Assembly: GCA_042408215.1 (NCBI GenBank)
Contig: JAYFMW010000026.1
Coordinates: 96,001-160,000, forward strand
Direction of reading: 5' to 3'
DNA: 64,000 nt
DNA from: Microcoleus sp.
Lineage (GTDB): Bacteria; Cyanobacteriota; Cyanobacteriia; Cyanobacteriales; Microcoleaceae
A model generated the notes under the pieces. The model had not been told where the DNA came from and did no database searches. It saw only the letters and a program-made list of their open reading frames with translations. This document shows, piece by piece, positions 54,049 through 64,000 of this stretch. The first letter of the stretch is position 1, and each line of letters starts with the position of its first letter. The translations under genes were made by a program, and so were the position numbers.

Positions 54049-55302
54049 CTATTTTTTCAACCTGCGATCGACAATCTGCAAAATCAAGATAGCAACACCA
54101 ACACTCGCAGCCAAACCCAACCAAAAATTATCCGCTGCAAACTTTCCTTTATCCAAAGCCCAACCACCCAAAGGTGGCCCGATTAAATATCCGATCGCCC
54201 AACACTGAGAATTAATTGACAAATACACGCCCCGCAAAGACTCTGGGGCTAATTCCACCACCAAACCAGAAGCAAAAGGAGTGTAAGCAACAGTAGCAAC
54301 GGACAAAAAGAACAAGCCTAAAGCAGCCAAAAACAGATTACCAGTTGCAGCCATTCCCGTCAAGCCGATCGCCATAAATCCCATACCCCAAAGCCAAGCA
54401 GAAATCATCAAAGCTCGCGGACAAGAAAACCGCCTCAGCGCCCTAGCAATCGGCATTTGCAAGACCACAGTCAAAAAAGTGCTAAAAGCAAACAAAACAC
54501 TAATTGTAGCCGTAGAAAAGCCTTTTCCCGACCCTTCCACCGAGACAAAGTTGCTAAAGTACAGGGGCATAGTGGTTTGGGTTTGGGCAATATATAAAGT
54601 AAACATAGTATTGACAACAACATAGACTAGCAAAGTGCGATCGCCCAGCGCCACCATCCAGCCATTTTGCTTGCCCTTTTTTCCTGTATTCACTGAAGTA
54701 GATGGTTTGTAGGTTTCTGATATCGCGCCCCAAACCACCGCAAAAAGTATCAAAAACGAGATAGCATCAATAATAAAAAGCGAGCGATAATTCCCAGTTA
54801 CCGCAATCAAAAAACCGCCCAAAATAATCCCCACCTGCAAACCCAAATTATCAGCCAGTCGCGTCAAAGCAAAAGCCTCCTGTCGCTGTTCGCCCTCTCC
54901 TAAATCCGCCACCAGAGTTTCCGTTGCGGGCCAATATAAACCAACACCAAAACCCATCAGTAAATTCGCCACAACTAAGCTGGAGAAATCATTAGCAGCC
55001 GCCAGCAGGAAACAAGCCACAGCAGAAATAATTGCCGAAAGTAATAAAGTTCGCCGCCTTCCCCAAAATTTAGAATCACAAAAAGAACCGCCTAAAATCC
55101 GACCAAATATCCCAGAAATCGAACCGCTTCCCAAGCCAATCCCCACAGCAGTAGCAGATAAACCGACTTGAGAGACAAAATATATAGGTGCGTAAAATAG
55201 AGTAAAACCAGTGCCGCTTTGGGAGAGGAATCTGCCGGCGGCGAGAATCCAAACTTGAGGAGGAAGACGGGGAAACCAAGATGGTAATTTAGGTTTAGGC
55301 AT
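54049..55302 (-). CDS. MFS transporter
   Basis: About 12 hydrophobic segments, GGSFCDSKFWGRRR motif A and APESLRGVY. Confidence 0.9.
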   Translation of the reverse strand: MPKPKLPSWFPRLPPQVWILAAGRFLSQSGTGFTLFYAPIYFVSQVGLSATAVGIGLGSGSISGIFGRILGGSFCDSKFWGRRRTLLLSAIISAVACFLLAAANDFSSLVVANLLMGFGVGLYWPATETLVADLGEGEQRQEAFALTRLADNLGLQVGIILGGFLIAVTGNYRSLFIIDAISFLILFAVVWGAISETYKPSTSVNTGKKGKQNGWMVALGDRTLLVYVVVNTMFTLYIAQTQTTMPLYFSNFVSVEGSGKGFSTATISVLFAFSTFLTVVLQMPIARALRRFSCPRALMISAWLWGMGFMAIGLTGMAATGNLFLAALGLFFLSVATVAYTPFASGLVVELAPESLRGVYLSINSQCWAIGYLIGPPLGGWALDKGKFAADNFWLGLAASVGVAILILQIVDRRLKK

Positions 55303-55764
55303 TACAGTGCGATCGTCACAGCTATCATAATATAGCGCTCATAAATCATTGATGAACCTCTCTCTTCTCTGACTCTGCGTTCTCTGTGTTCTCTGTGGTT
55401 AATTGAAAGAAAAAATCTCGTTCACAAATGTGTAGAAGATGGCTACATTGAACGCGCCTTCCCAGTTCGGTAAAAAAATCTAGTTCACAAATGTGGGGAA
55501 TTGCATTTTCACATCGACTTCTGACCGATTTCCTATATAACTAAAGCCTTCCGCCTTCTGACTTCTGCCTTCCGCCTTCTGCCTTCTGACTTCAACATCC
55601 GGCTATACGATCGCCATTTCCATCGCTCCTGGGGACTTTCAATAAAAATTATTACTCAATTATACACAAAAGTTAGCATTAATTTAAAAATACTTAACAC
55701 GATTTGAGCCAAAAATTGGTTAAGGTAAAAAAGAGACAAAAAAGGTTTAGAGGCTTGAAATTTT

Positions 55765-56268
55765 ATGACAGCTATTACATCAAGAGTAGAATCTATCAGA
55801 CCCCGCTGGCAAGCAATTGTCATGGTAGCATTAATTTTCTGGCTCAGCGGCAGCCTGATTTTGGATCTAGTAATTATGCCCAGCCTGTACGTGTCTGGAA
55901 TGATCGCATCTCCCGAATTTGCAACGGCGGGAAACTTAATGTTCTGGGGATTCAACCGCGTTGAGTTAATTTGTGCAGGCTTGGTGGCGACGGGTTTGAT
56001 GGTTTTGAGCAATTTATCCAACGGCTTCGGCAAGGATCAGCGCACAGCAATTATATTATCTTTGGTACTTCTGGCGATCGCCCTGATTGACACCTACGCT
56101 CTGACACCCCAAATGAGCGCCTTGGGAATGCAGCTAAATCTGTTCGACGCCACAGCCGAAGTGCCCACCGGGATGAATCTACTCCACCAAGCTTATTTCG
56201 GTTTGGAAGCAGTCAAGTTGGCTGTCGGTGGCACACTGCTGAGCTGGTGCTATCAGCATCAAGCTTAA
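55765..56268 (+). CDS. Four-TM membrane protein (DUF4149-like)
   Basis: Four hydrophobic helices, FNRVE and LHQAYFGLE. Confidence 0.7.
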   Translation: MTAITSRVESIRPRWQAIVMVALIFWLSGSLILDLVIMPSLYVSGMIASPEFATAGNLMFWGFNRVELICAGLVATGLMVLSNLSNGFGKDQRTAIILSLVLLAIALIDTYALTPQMSALGMQLNLFDATAEVPTGMNLLHQAYFGLEAVKLAVGGTLLSWCYQHQA

Positions 56269-56291
56269 TCGACAATAAAAATTAGAGACAA

Positions 56292-56395
56292 GTAGGGACA
56301 CGGCACTGCCGTGTCCTACAATGAATTGGGGTAGGGACACGGCACTGCCGTGTCCTACCATGAATTGGGGTAGGGAAACGACTGTCTTGTCCTCT
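56292..56395. repeat. Tandem GTAG-type REP palindromes
   Basis: GTAGGGACACGGCACTGCCGTGTCCTAC x2 plus a degenerate third copy. Confidence 0.85.
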
Positions 56396-56697
56396 TATTC
56401 GGATTCTTGTGGCACATCAGATAATTCAGCTTTGGGCCACAGCAAACGCAGGCCCATCACAGCAAATCCGATCGCCGCCATCCCCTTTACCAGACGTGCC
56501 GGCAATACCTCAGCCGTACCTTGCCCGATTAAAACACCGATTAAAGTCGCCAGCAGCAGCGCCGACGCCGTGCCGAAAAATACAGCCCGCGGCGAAGAGG
56601 AACTACTACCAAGGGCGATCGCAGCTAATTGACTTTTGTCTCCCAATTCTGACAAAAACACTGCAATAAAACTTATTCCTAAAAGTTGCCAATCCAT
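56395..56697 (-). CDS. UPF0016 (TMEM165/GDT1) half-transporter
   Basis: ELGDKSQ motif and 3 TM helices. Confidence 0.92.
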   Translation of the reverse strand: MDWQLLGISFIAVFLSELGDKSQLAAIALGSSSSSPRAVFFGTASALLLATLIGVLIGQGTAEVLPARLVKGMAAIGFAVMGLRLLWPKAELSDVPQESE

Positions 56698-56817
56698 GTT
56701 TTTTGGATATAGTTCTAGAGGTAGAAACCGGGTTTTTTACGAAAACACTGGATTTGAGGCATTAACACTGGTGAAAAACCCGGTTTCTTTGATATTTATG
56801 TGTCAATCATCAGACAA

Positions 56818-57291
56818 TTAACCAAGCACTTCCCACACAAGTGCCACCGAAATCGCTAGCAAAATCCCTCCGGCTACTCTCTCCAAAGTTCTCGGAGCAA
56901 TCCGACTTGCTAGCCACCTTCCCAGCAAAACTCCCAACAAACTCGTTGCAATCAAAGCTGAACCAGCACCGGCAAAAACGATCCAAGGATTGTGAGATTC
57001 AGCAGTCATCAGCAGAACCGCAATTTGGGTTTTGTCTCCAATTTCTGCCAAAAAAATAGTTACAAAAGTCGAGGCAAAAACTGCCCAATGCTTTTGCCTC
57101 CATCCTTTTTGTTCTTGACAAACATCTGGATTAGAACTAATTGAAACTTGAGCTGGTTCCGAAGTAACAGCCGGAAAACTATCAGAAACATCTTGTACTT
57201 CTAGTTTGACCTCTTGTGGTAAATCGGAATTGGGGGTAACAGACTCAGAATTAGACAAGCTTGGTAGCACAGAATCAAGTTTCACTGGCAA
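56818..57291 (-). CDS. UPF0016 (TMEM165/GDT1) half-transporter
   Basis: EIGDKTQ motif and 3 TM helices. With its neighbour it probably forms a heteromeric Mn/Ca exchanger (inference). Confidence 0.9.
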   Translation of the reverse strand: MPVKLDSVLPSLSNSESVTPNSDLPQEVKLEVQDVSDSFPAVTSEPAQVSISSNPDVCQEQKGWRQKHWAVFASTFVTIFLAEIGDKTQIAVLLMTAESHNPWIVFAGAGSALIATSLLGVLLGRWLASRIAPRTLERVAGGILLAISVALVWEVLG

Positions 57292-57493
57292 TCTTGCTAA
57301 ACGCTATTTTTTTTTTGACTTTCTTAGGACTTACAAATACCAAAGAAACCGGGTTTTTTACCGATTCAAGGGCTGTCACGAAATATTCTCGCAAAAACCC
57401 GGTTTCTGAGCATCCGTGTGTCCAGGACTGTTTCTCTTTTAATCTTAACCATCATTTTTGAGCAACTCATTCCTGAAACCACTTACTGGCTGG

Positions 57494-58144
57494 CTAAGTG
57501 CCGTAAGTTCGATCGCCCGCATCGCCCAACCCAGGCACAATAAAGCCCTGTTCGTTGACTATTTCGTCGATCGTCGCCGTGTAGATATTCAAAGTCGGAT
57601 AGTCTACACTCAGGCGTTTCAGAGCCGGAGGAGCAGCCACTACAGAGATAATCCGAATCAAGCTCGGATCTACTCCCCGTGAAGTCAATTCCTGCATCGT
57701 CGCCAAAATCGTCCCGCCAGTCGCCAGCATCGGCTCGCTAATAATCACCCGTGTTTCCGGGTTAAACTGCGCCGGCAACTTGTTTAAATAACAAATCGGT
57801 TCCAGCGTCTCCTCATTCCTTACCATACCCAGGTGGTACACCGACGCCAGCGGCACTACCGTCTGAATTCCCTCCAGCAGAGCCAAACCCGCCCGCAAAA
57901 TCGGCACCACACATAAGGGAGCTTCTGGGTTGATAAACGTCGCCGGACATTCGCCTAAAGGAGTCTGCACCGTTGTTTCCACTGTCGGCAGCCAATCTCG
58001 AATGGCTTCGTAGGCCAGCCACCTTCCCAATTCTGTCATTGCAGAACGAAAAAGTACCGATGGGGTGCCGGAGTCGCGGGCGACAGCCAGCCAGTGCTGA
58101 ATTAACGGATGGGGAGGAACGTAAACGCGGAGTTGCAGGGACAT
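57494..58144 (-). CDS. upp: Uracil phosphoribosyltransferase
   Basis: HPLIQHWL, VPILRAG, PMLATGG and IVPGLGDAGDR. Confidence 0.96.
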   Translation of the reverse strand: MSLQLRVYVPPHPLIQHWLAVARDSGTPSVLFRSAMTELGRWLAYEAIRDWLPTVETTVQTPLGECPATFINPEAPLCVVPILRAGLALLEGIQTVVPLASVYHLGMVRNEETLEPICYLNKLPAQFNPETRVIISEPMLATGGTILATMQELTSRGVDPSLIRIISVVAAPPALKRLSVDYPTLNIYTATIDEIVNEQGFIVPGLGDAGDRTYGT

Positions 58145-58277
58145 TGGAAAATTGGGGGAATTGTAAGGTTTTAGGGATTTTGTGCGGTGCGATCGATCGC
58201 ACTGTGAACCGATCATACCCTGAAGCGTATACAAGCCGTCCATTAGAACCCATTCACCACTCAATTTATGTCAATTT

Positions 58278-58329
58278 ATTGAAAAAGTTTTCCCAAAGTA
58301 TTGACAACTATTAGCAATAAGACTATATT
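58278..58329 (+). promoter_or_regulatory. Sigma70-type promoter overlapped by Fur-box-like sequence
   Basis: TTGACA (58301-58306), 17 bp, TATATT (58324-58329); ATTGACAACTATTAGCAAT is an imperfect palindrome. Confidence 0.72.
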
Positions 58330-58334
58330 GATTT

Positions 58335-58405
58335 CAGTGTTCTCCTCTCAAAGGATCGGCAGACGGGGGCAGTCGGCAATGGTAGACTGTCCCCGCATTT
58401 TTTTT
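58335..58405 (+). ncRNA. isaR1: Iron-stress sRNA IsaR1 homologue
   Basis: 5' CAGTGTTCTCCTCTCAAAGGATCGG seed, terminator CGGGGGCAGTC/GACTGTCCCCG plus T-run, next to upp as I recall for IsaR1. Confidence 0.82.
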
Positions 58406-58549
58406 GAAAGGCGCACGGGGCCGAAGAGCCGAAGAGCCCAAGAGCATCGTTAGCCACTAACAAATAACTAATGACTAATGACTAATGACTAATGACTTCT
58501 TCTGGGCGATCGACTGTAAAATTATAAAAACATTAAGATTTTTAACCTA

Positions 58550-60094
58550 ATGTCAGCCCCCACCCAATCCCAGTTATTCTCTGCCAACTCCCGCGCGACA
58601 GCACAAGAGTTTGATGTGATTGTCATCGGTTCCGGCATTGGCGGACTCGTCACTGCAACCCAGCTAGCCGCTAAGAAAGCTAAAGTTCTCGTCCTCGAAA
58701 GCTACCTGATTCCCGGAGGTAGCGCTGGATATTTCGATCGAGAAGGCTACAGATTTGATGTCGGCGCCTCCATGATTTTTGGATTCGGACAGCGCGGCAC
58801 CACCAACCTCCTCACCCGCGCCCTCGAAGCAGTCAATGTCAGCCTAGAAACCATTCCCGATCCCATACAACTTCACTATCATTTACCCGCAGGTCTGGAA
58901 CTTGAAGTTCCCCAGCCTTATGAGAAATACTTGCAAGAACTGACAGACAGATTCCCTCACGAAAGCGCAGGAATCACCAAATTTTACGGCGAATGCTGGA
59001 AAGTCTTCAACTGTCTCAATGCAATGGAATTGCTTTCCCTAGAAGAACCGCGATATTTAATGCGAGTCTTTTTCCAAAATCCTTTTGGCTGTTTGGGATT
59101 AGTAAAATATCTGCCACAAAATACAGGCGACATAGCGCGGCGCTACATAAAAGACCCTATTTTGCTGAAATTTATCGACATGGAATGCTACTACTGGTCA
59201 GTAGTACCCGCAGATTTGACACCCATGATTAATGCCGGAATGGTATTTTCCGACAGACATTACGGCGGAATCAATTATCCCAAAGGCGGAGTCGGACAAA
59301 TTGCCCAAAAATTAGTCGAAGGATTAGAAAAATGCGGCGGGAAAATTCAATACAAAGCTAAAGTGACAAAAATTCTTACAGAAAAAGGCCGCGCTGTCGG
59401 AGTCGAGTTAGCAACCGGCGAAGTTTATCGCGCAAAGCGGATAGTTTCTAATGCAACTCGCTGGGATACTTTTGAGAAATTTTTACCCGCAGCAGAAATG
59501 CCAGCTAGTGAGAAGAAATGGCAGCAGCGCTATCAAAAAGCACCCAGTTTCTTGAGTTTGCATTTGGGAGTGGCCGCAGATGTAATCCCTCCTGGTACGG
59601 CTTGTCATCACATTTTGTTGGAAGATTGGGAGAAAATGGAAGCGCCTGAGGGAACTATTTTGGTGTCAATTCCAACGCTGTTAGACCCAGATTTAGCGCC
59701 GGAAGGATATCACATCGTCCATGCTTTTACTTCCAGTTGGATGGAAGAGTGGGAAGGGCTTTCGCAGCGGGAATATGAGGATAAAAAGGAAGAAGCAGCA
59801 GGCAGAATTATCGATCGCCTAGAGCAAATTTTTCCCGGTTTAGATGCCGGTTTAGATTATATGGAAGTTGGTACAGCGCGATCGCACCGTCGGTTTTTGG
59901 GCCGCGAAGATGGAACTTACGGGCCAATTCCGAAACAAAAGTTAATGGGTTTGTTGGGAATGCCGTTTAATCGAACTTCTCTTCCTGGTTTGTATTGTGT
60001 GGGTGACAGCACGTTTCCGGGACAAGGTTTAAATGCGGTGGCGTTTTCGGGGTTTGCTTGCGCCCATCGAATTGCGGTGGATTTGGGTTTGTAG
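58550..60094 (+). CDS. crtH: Carotenoid isomerase
   Basis: GSGIGG FAD site, [23 protein letters not shown] and [17 protein letters not shown]. Confidence 0.94.
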   Translation: MSAPTQSQLFSANSRATAQEFDVIVIGSGIGGLVTATQLAAKKAKVLVLESYLIPGGSAGYFDREGYRFDVGASMIFGFGQRGTTNLLTRALEAVNVSLETIPDPIQLHYHLPAGLELEVPQPYEKYLQELTDRFPHESAGITKFYGECWKVFNCLNAMELLSLEEPRYLMRVFFQNPFGCLGLVKYLPQNTGDIARRYIKDPILLKFIDMECYYWSVVPADLTPMINAGMVFSDRHYGGINYPKGGVGQIAQKLVEGLEKCGGKIQYKAKVTKILTEKGRAVGVELATGEVYRAKRIVSNATRWDTFEKFLPAAEMPASEKKWQQRYQKAPSFLSLHLGVAADVIPPGTACHHILLEDWEKMEAPEGTILVSIPTLLDPDLAPEGYHIVHAFTSSWMEEWEGLSQREYEDKKEEAAGRIIDRLEQIFPGLDAGLDYMEVGTARSHRRFLGREDGTYGPIPKQKLMGLLGMPFNRTSLPGLYCVGDSTFPGQGLNAVAFSGFACAHRIAVDLGL

Positions 60095-60160
60095 GAGGAG
60101 TGTGGCAATAGTTATAGTAGTAAGGTGCGCAGCGCGCACCCTACGAAAGAAGAAAAAGCT

Positions 60161-60238
60161 ATGCTTGCTGAGGATCGAGTTCTTGAACTTGCACAGGATT
60201 GGGTTGAAGCCTGGAATTCTCGCAACCTCGATCGCATC
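60161..60238 (+). pseudogene. N-terminal fragment of a SnoaL/NTF2-like protein
   Basis: MLAEDRVLELAQDWVEAWNSRNLDRI, after which the similarity stops at the relE stop codon. Confidence 0.6.
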
Positions 60239-60563
60239 AAATATCTAACAGTTTGTCTAGGATCGAGTAAATGTCTTTTTTGTCACCATCTTTACGTCTC
60301 CCCAGTCCTACAACAACCACCATAACTCGATCTTGCTCGACTTTGTAAACAATGCGATAGCGTTGTCCAACGGCTCGGATGCTGCGAAATCCAGATAAGT
60401 TATCAACAAGTGCTTTGCCTTGCTTCTCTGGTTCAATTTTGAGTTTATCAATGCGATCGCGCAGTTTCTCCTGTTCTCGTCTATCTTTGACTTCCGCCAA
60501 CATTTCCAGTGCCAGCGGCGTAAGTTGGATGTCGTATTCGATTGAATTTGCTTCGCCTTTCAT
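60237..60563 (-). CDS. Type II toxin, RelE/ParE family
   Basis: GKALVDNLSGFRSIRAVGQRYRIVY; 4-bp overlap with the antitoxin gene. Confidence 0.9.
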   Translation of the reverse strand: MKGEANSIEYDIQLTPLALEMLAEVKDRREQEKLRDRIDKLKIEPEKQGKALVDNLSGFRSIRAVGQRYRIVYKVEQDRVMVVVVGLGRRKDGDKKDIYSILDKLLDI

Positions 60564-60823
60564 AGTCCCAGTTTGGCTTTAGCATTTTCCCAGGAAACCG
60601 TTTTGCCTTCGCGTGCTTGGGTGATGCTTTGGCGCAGTTTGGTAACGAATTCAATATCGGTGAGAATATCCAAGGTTTCCAGGAGTTCAGTCAAATGGTT
60701 GTAGCTGATTGCCGCCATAACGGGAACACCATCTTGAGTGATGACGATCGGCTCATCAGTGAGTTCCTGAGGTAGGTTGGGAAGCTGCTGCTGTGCTTGG
60801 GCAATGGTGAGTCGTTTCGACAT
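60560..60823 (-). CDS. Type II antitoxin, Phd/YefM family
   Basis: LTIAQAQQQL, PIVITQDGVPVMAAIS and LLETLDIL. Confidence 0.88.
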   Translation of the reverse strand: MSKRLTIAQAQQQLPNLPQELTDEPIVITQDGVPVMAAISYNHLTELLETLDILTDIEFVTKLRQSITQAREGKTVSWENAKAKLGL

Positions 60824-60979
60824 GGCTGTATTGTCAAACTTTATTAAGATTATAGCAATACTAATTTTAAATTTAGCACCTGGGCTCAAATACGGCGAAT
60901 CAATTAAAAACCCGGTTTCTGAGTAGAAACCGGGTTTTTTAACTGAAATTTAGCGGTTAGCATTTTGCAACTTGACTAT

Positions 60980-61420
60980 TTATTGATCGTAGTTGCCGCC
61001 GACGCCGATTTGGGTATTGTAGATTTTGGCATCAGTGATTGTCATATCTTCCATTGAGGCGCCGGATACATCTGCGGTGTTAATGATGGCTGCGGTCAGA
61101 TTTGCCCGATCGAGGTCTGCGTTATTTAAACTAGCATTGGTCAGAAAAACTGCCGTCATGTTAGCACCCGTCAAATCAGCACCAGTCAAGTCAGCGCCTT
61201 CGAGGTTGGCCTGAGACAGATTTGCACCTTGCAAATTGGCCGATCTCAAATCAGCACCGATTAAATGAGCGCCTTTCAAATCCGCTCCTGACAAATCGCA
61301 CTGAAAACATTGGCCTGTGGACAGCAACTGCTGGACCTGAAGCGGATTTTCGGCGCGGGCGGGGCCAACTAATACTAGGGGAGTAACTAACAGAGTAGCA
61401 GCTAAGATATAGCGTTTCAT
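60980..61420 (-). CDS. Exported pentapeptide-repeat protein
   Basis: Signal peptide (PARA), CFQC and A(D/N)Lxx repeats. Confidence 0.92.
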   Translation of the reverse strand: MKRYILAATLLVTPLVLVGPARAENPLQVQQLLSTGQCFQCDLSGADLKGAHLIGADLRSANLQGANLSQANLEGADLTGADLTGANMTAVFLTNASLNNADLDRANLTAAIINTADVSGASMEDMTITDAKIYNTQIGVGGNYDQ

Positions 61421-61928
61421 AATCGCTCTTCCTCACTTGATAGGGTGATTAACTTCTTTTATTTATACCTACAATATTAGCATACTTTTTCGCGGAATAT
61501 GCGAGGGAATTCACAGAATATTTGTAACAGTTGCCCCCGCCTGCTTGGCCACCTAGGACCCTGCTAATTTTCACAAAAATTAACACGCAATTTTTGAGTA
61601 ATGTTCCTTTCAAAGCCTAACTGGGAATGGGAAGAGGCTAGTATTTCTGAAGGTAGATGTGAAGGGCGATCGCGCCTGATACCATTATAGACCCAAAGGA
61701 TTAGATTATTTTTAATAAAACTGTCACTTCACTGAGACTTTAGACTTAAAATAGAGATCAGCTTATAATAAAAAAACCTATTGCCAGAACAGTCGCCAGT
61801 GTCCTCGACAAGACGACAGCCCCAACCCTTCCCTAACACCAGGGTGCACTCTTTGATAACATCTCACAAAAAACCTTAATGAGCTGTTCTTCAGTAGTAT
61901 CTTTAAAAACTTAGCTGCTGCAAACAGG

Positions 61929-62059
61929 TATAGCAGTTCTCAATGTTGGTGAGGTATGCCCTATGCCCTATGCCCTATGCCCTATGCCCTATGCCCTATG
62001 CCCTATGCCCTATGCCCGCTTATCAAGCGTGCACCGCACTGTTACTGAGAAAGGCTATA
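61929..62059. mobile_element. TA-ended MITE with TATGCCC x9
   Basis: TATAGCAGTTCTCA ... CTGAGAAAGGCTATA; relative of 41370-41507. Confidence 0.7.
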
Positions 62060-62113
62060 GTGCCTTTCTCAAAACTGGTATACCCCAAGAGCGATCGCCA
62101 AAATGAATTAACT

Positions 62114-64000
62114 ATGCTCAAAAACGATTCCTCCAAGTATTTGCCAACCTTAGATCAAGTAATTGACCTAACCCCCTTGACAGTTGCGCCCGATACCCCA
62201 CTAGCGGAAGTGATTACCCTGATGGGTCAACGACGGGGAAGTTGTCCTTTGGAAACAGAGGCTCCAACAACTATCTACCGCCAACTAACAGCAATCACAA
62301 CTCCCCTCACCTCAAGCGAACTTCGAGACGTCAGAGGTAGCTGCGTCTTTATCATCCAAAAATCTGCCTCAGCATCTGCTAAAAATGCTCAGTTGCAAGG
62401 CATATTTACAGAGAGGGATCTCGTCGATCTGATTGCGTCAGGCAAAAACTTAAAAGGTGTGAAAATCGCAGAGGTAATGAGTCAACCAACAACGACTCTC
62501 ACAAAATCTCAGGCTCAAGATATTTTCAGCGCCCTAATTCTGATCCGCCAACAAAAAATTCACCACTTACCAATATTAGACAATACAGGTCAACTCCTAG
62601 GAGTAATTACCCCCGAAAGCATTCGCCAAGCTATGCTGCAACCGGCCAATATCTTGAAAATGCGATCGGTGAAAGAAGTAATGACAACTCAAGTCATTCA
62701 AGCACCAGTTACAGCCTCAGTCATCAGCTTAGCCGAGTTGATGGCGAAACACCGCGTTAGCTGCGTGGTAATTACAGAAAAAACAGGCTCACTAATCAAT
62801 TCGCAATTCCCAATTCCCCTAGGCATCGTCACAGAACGAGATATTGTCGAATTTCAAGCTTTAGATATAGATTTGTCAAAAACGATCGCCCAAACAGTGA
62901 TGAGTACCCCCTTATTTAGTCTCAAGCCAGAAGACTCACTGTGGGTAGCTCATCAAGAAATGCAGCAGCGTTTAATCCGCAGGTTGGTAGTAACGGGTGT
63001 ACAGGGAGAACTCCTGGGAATAGTTACCCAAACCAGCTTGCTGGGCGTACTTGACCCGATGGAAATGTCCGGCATCATCGATGTTTTACACGCTTGTGTC
63101 GAAGCACAAACTAGCGAATTGCAAAAAGCGATCGCCTCCCTCAGCTTGACTAACGCCCGATTGGAAAGCGAAATTGCTACTCGCGAAGCGGCTGAGGCGA
63201 GGCTCCGTCTTTTAGAATCGGCTGTAGTTAACGCCAATGATGCGATCGTGATTATGGATGCGGGATCTACCGATATCTCCGACCCTACCATTATCTACGT
63301 CAACGAAGCTTTTACCCAAATGACGGGCTATCTTCCCGAAGAAATCGTCGGACAAACCCCTAGTTGTCTGCGCGGGCCAGACAGCGACAGCGCCCAAGTC
63401 GCCAAAATTCGCCGTGCTTTCTCTCGCCGCGAACCCCTGCGCTTGGAATTGATTAACTACCGCAAAGATGGTTCGACTTATTGGGTGGAACTTAACAGCG
63501 TACCTGTTGCTAATGAAGCCGACAAGCTTACCCACTGGGTATCTGTGCAGAGGGATATTAGCGATCGCAAGCTGATGGAACAAGCCTTTTTTCAGGAAAA
63601 AGAACTCGCTCAAGTTACTCTACAATCGATCGGCGACGCCGTAATCGCCACGGACGCTGGGGGCTACATTTCTACCCTCAACCCAGTTGCCGAAAAACTC
63701 ACAGGTTGGTTAACTTCGGAAGCTAAAGGTTTGCCCCTCGCCACCGTGTTGAACATAGTTGATGAAACGAACCGCACGCCGATCGAAAATATCGCTCAAA
63801 TCGCATTGTCCGAAGGATTGATCAGCGACGAAGGACAGAACAGTTTATTAATTGCCCGTAACAACCGTGAATTTGCGATCGATCATTGTGTCGCCCCCAT
63901 CCACTATCGCAACGGCGAAATCATCGGGGCTGTCGTTGTCTTTCGAGATGTTACCCAAGTGCGCACCCAAGCGCGCCAACTCACCTGGCAAGCCACCCAC
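62114..64000 (+). CDS. CBS-CBS-PAS-PAS signalling protein, probably GGDEF(-EAL); partial, runs off the window
   Basis: Not in the ORF track. The frame from ATG 62114 gives LTVAPDTPL, GIFTERD, GIVTERD, YVNEAFTQMTGY, NYRKDGS and TLQSIGDAVIATD, and ends LTWQATH, a typical pre-GGDEF linker. Confidence 0.85.
   Translation, partial: MLKNDSSKYLPTLDQVIDLTPLTVAPDTPLAEVITLMGQRRGSCPLETEAPTTIYRQLTAITTPLTSSELRDVRGSCVFIIQKSASASAKNAQLQGIFTERDLVDLIASGKNLKGVKIAEVMSQPTTTLTKSQAQDIFSALILIRQQKIHHLPILDNTGQLLGVITPESIRQAMLQPANILKMRSVKEVMTTQVIQAPVTASVISLAELMAKHRVSCVVITEKTGSLINSQFPIPLGIVTERDIVEFQALDIDLSKTIAQTVMSTPLFSLKPEDSLWVAHQEMQQRLIRRLVVTGVQGELLGIVTQTSLLGVLDPMEMSGIIDVLHACVEAQTSELQKAIASLSLTNARLESEIATREAAEARLRLLESAVVNANDAIVIMDAGSTDISDPTIIYVNEAFTQMTGYLPEEIVGQTPSCLRGPDSDSAQVAKIRRAFSRREPLRLELINYRKDGSTYWVELNSVPVANEADKLTHWVSVQRDISDRKLMEQAFFQEKELAQVTLQSIGDAVIATDAGGYISTLNPVAEKLTGWLTSEAKGLPLATVLNIVDETNRTPIENIAQIALSEGLISDEGQNSLLIARNNREFAIDHCVAPIHYRNGEIIGAVVVFRDVTQVRTQARQLTWQATH

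Noticed and set aside
63340..63390. LOV domain in the CBS-PAS protein
   Set aside because: The motif is GQTPSCLRG, not GxNCRFLQ; it is an ordinary PAS domain.

Overview
64 kb of a cyanobacterial chromosome, probably a filamentous Oscillatoriales/Microcoleus-like strain. This is inferred from abundant HIP1 GCGATCGC, heptamer tandem repeats, REP/MITE families and a beta-carboxysome operon. In order: the 3' end of a CRISPR array (10 repeats, no cas genes in the window) abutting an aldo-keto reductase pseudogene; a glf/glycosyltransferase/GH2/GH1-like sugar cluster interrupted by a ~4.5 kb island (colicin-D-like tRNase, immunity gene, two Gly/Ala-rich membrane proteins, divergent HTH gene); a frameshifted galT; pdhA and ftn2; a CobW GTPase; dtd; a ~1370-aa Cas4/Dna2-like nuclease-SF1 helicase; a HetZ-related gene; an RTX protein; cupB-ndhD4-ndhF4; ccmK2K1LMNO; hemL; hisIE; a porin; a split UPF0016 pair; upp; a likely IsaR1 sRNA; crtH; a RelE/Phd toxin-antitoxin pair; and a CBS-PAS signalling gene cut by the window end. 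The most striking observation is between pdhA and ftn2. Two non-autonomous IS200/IS605 elements, one carrying a TnpB-type and one an IscB/HEARO-type omega-RNA, lie in tandem on the same strand exactly 20 nt apart, so one spacer could guide both RNA scaffolds. All family assignments come from reading motifs by eye; no database searches were run.
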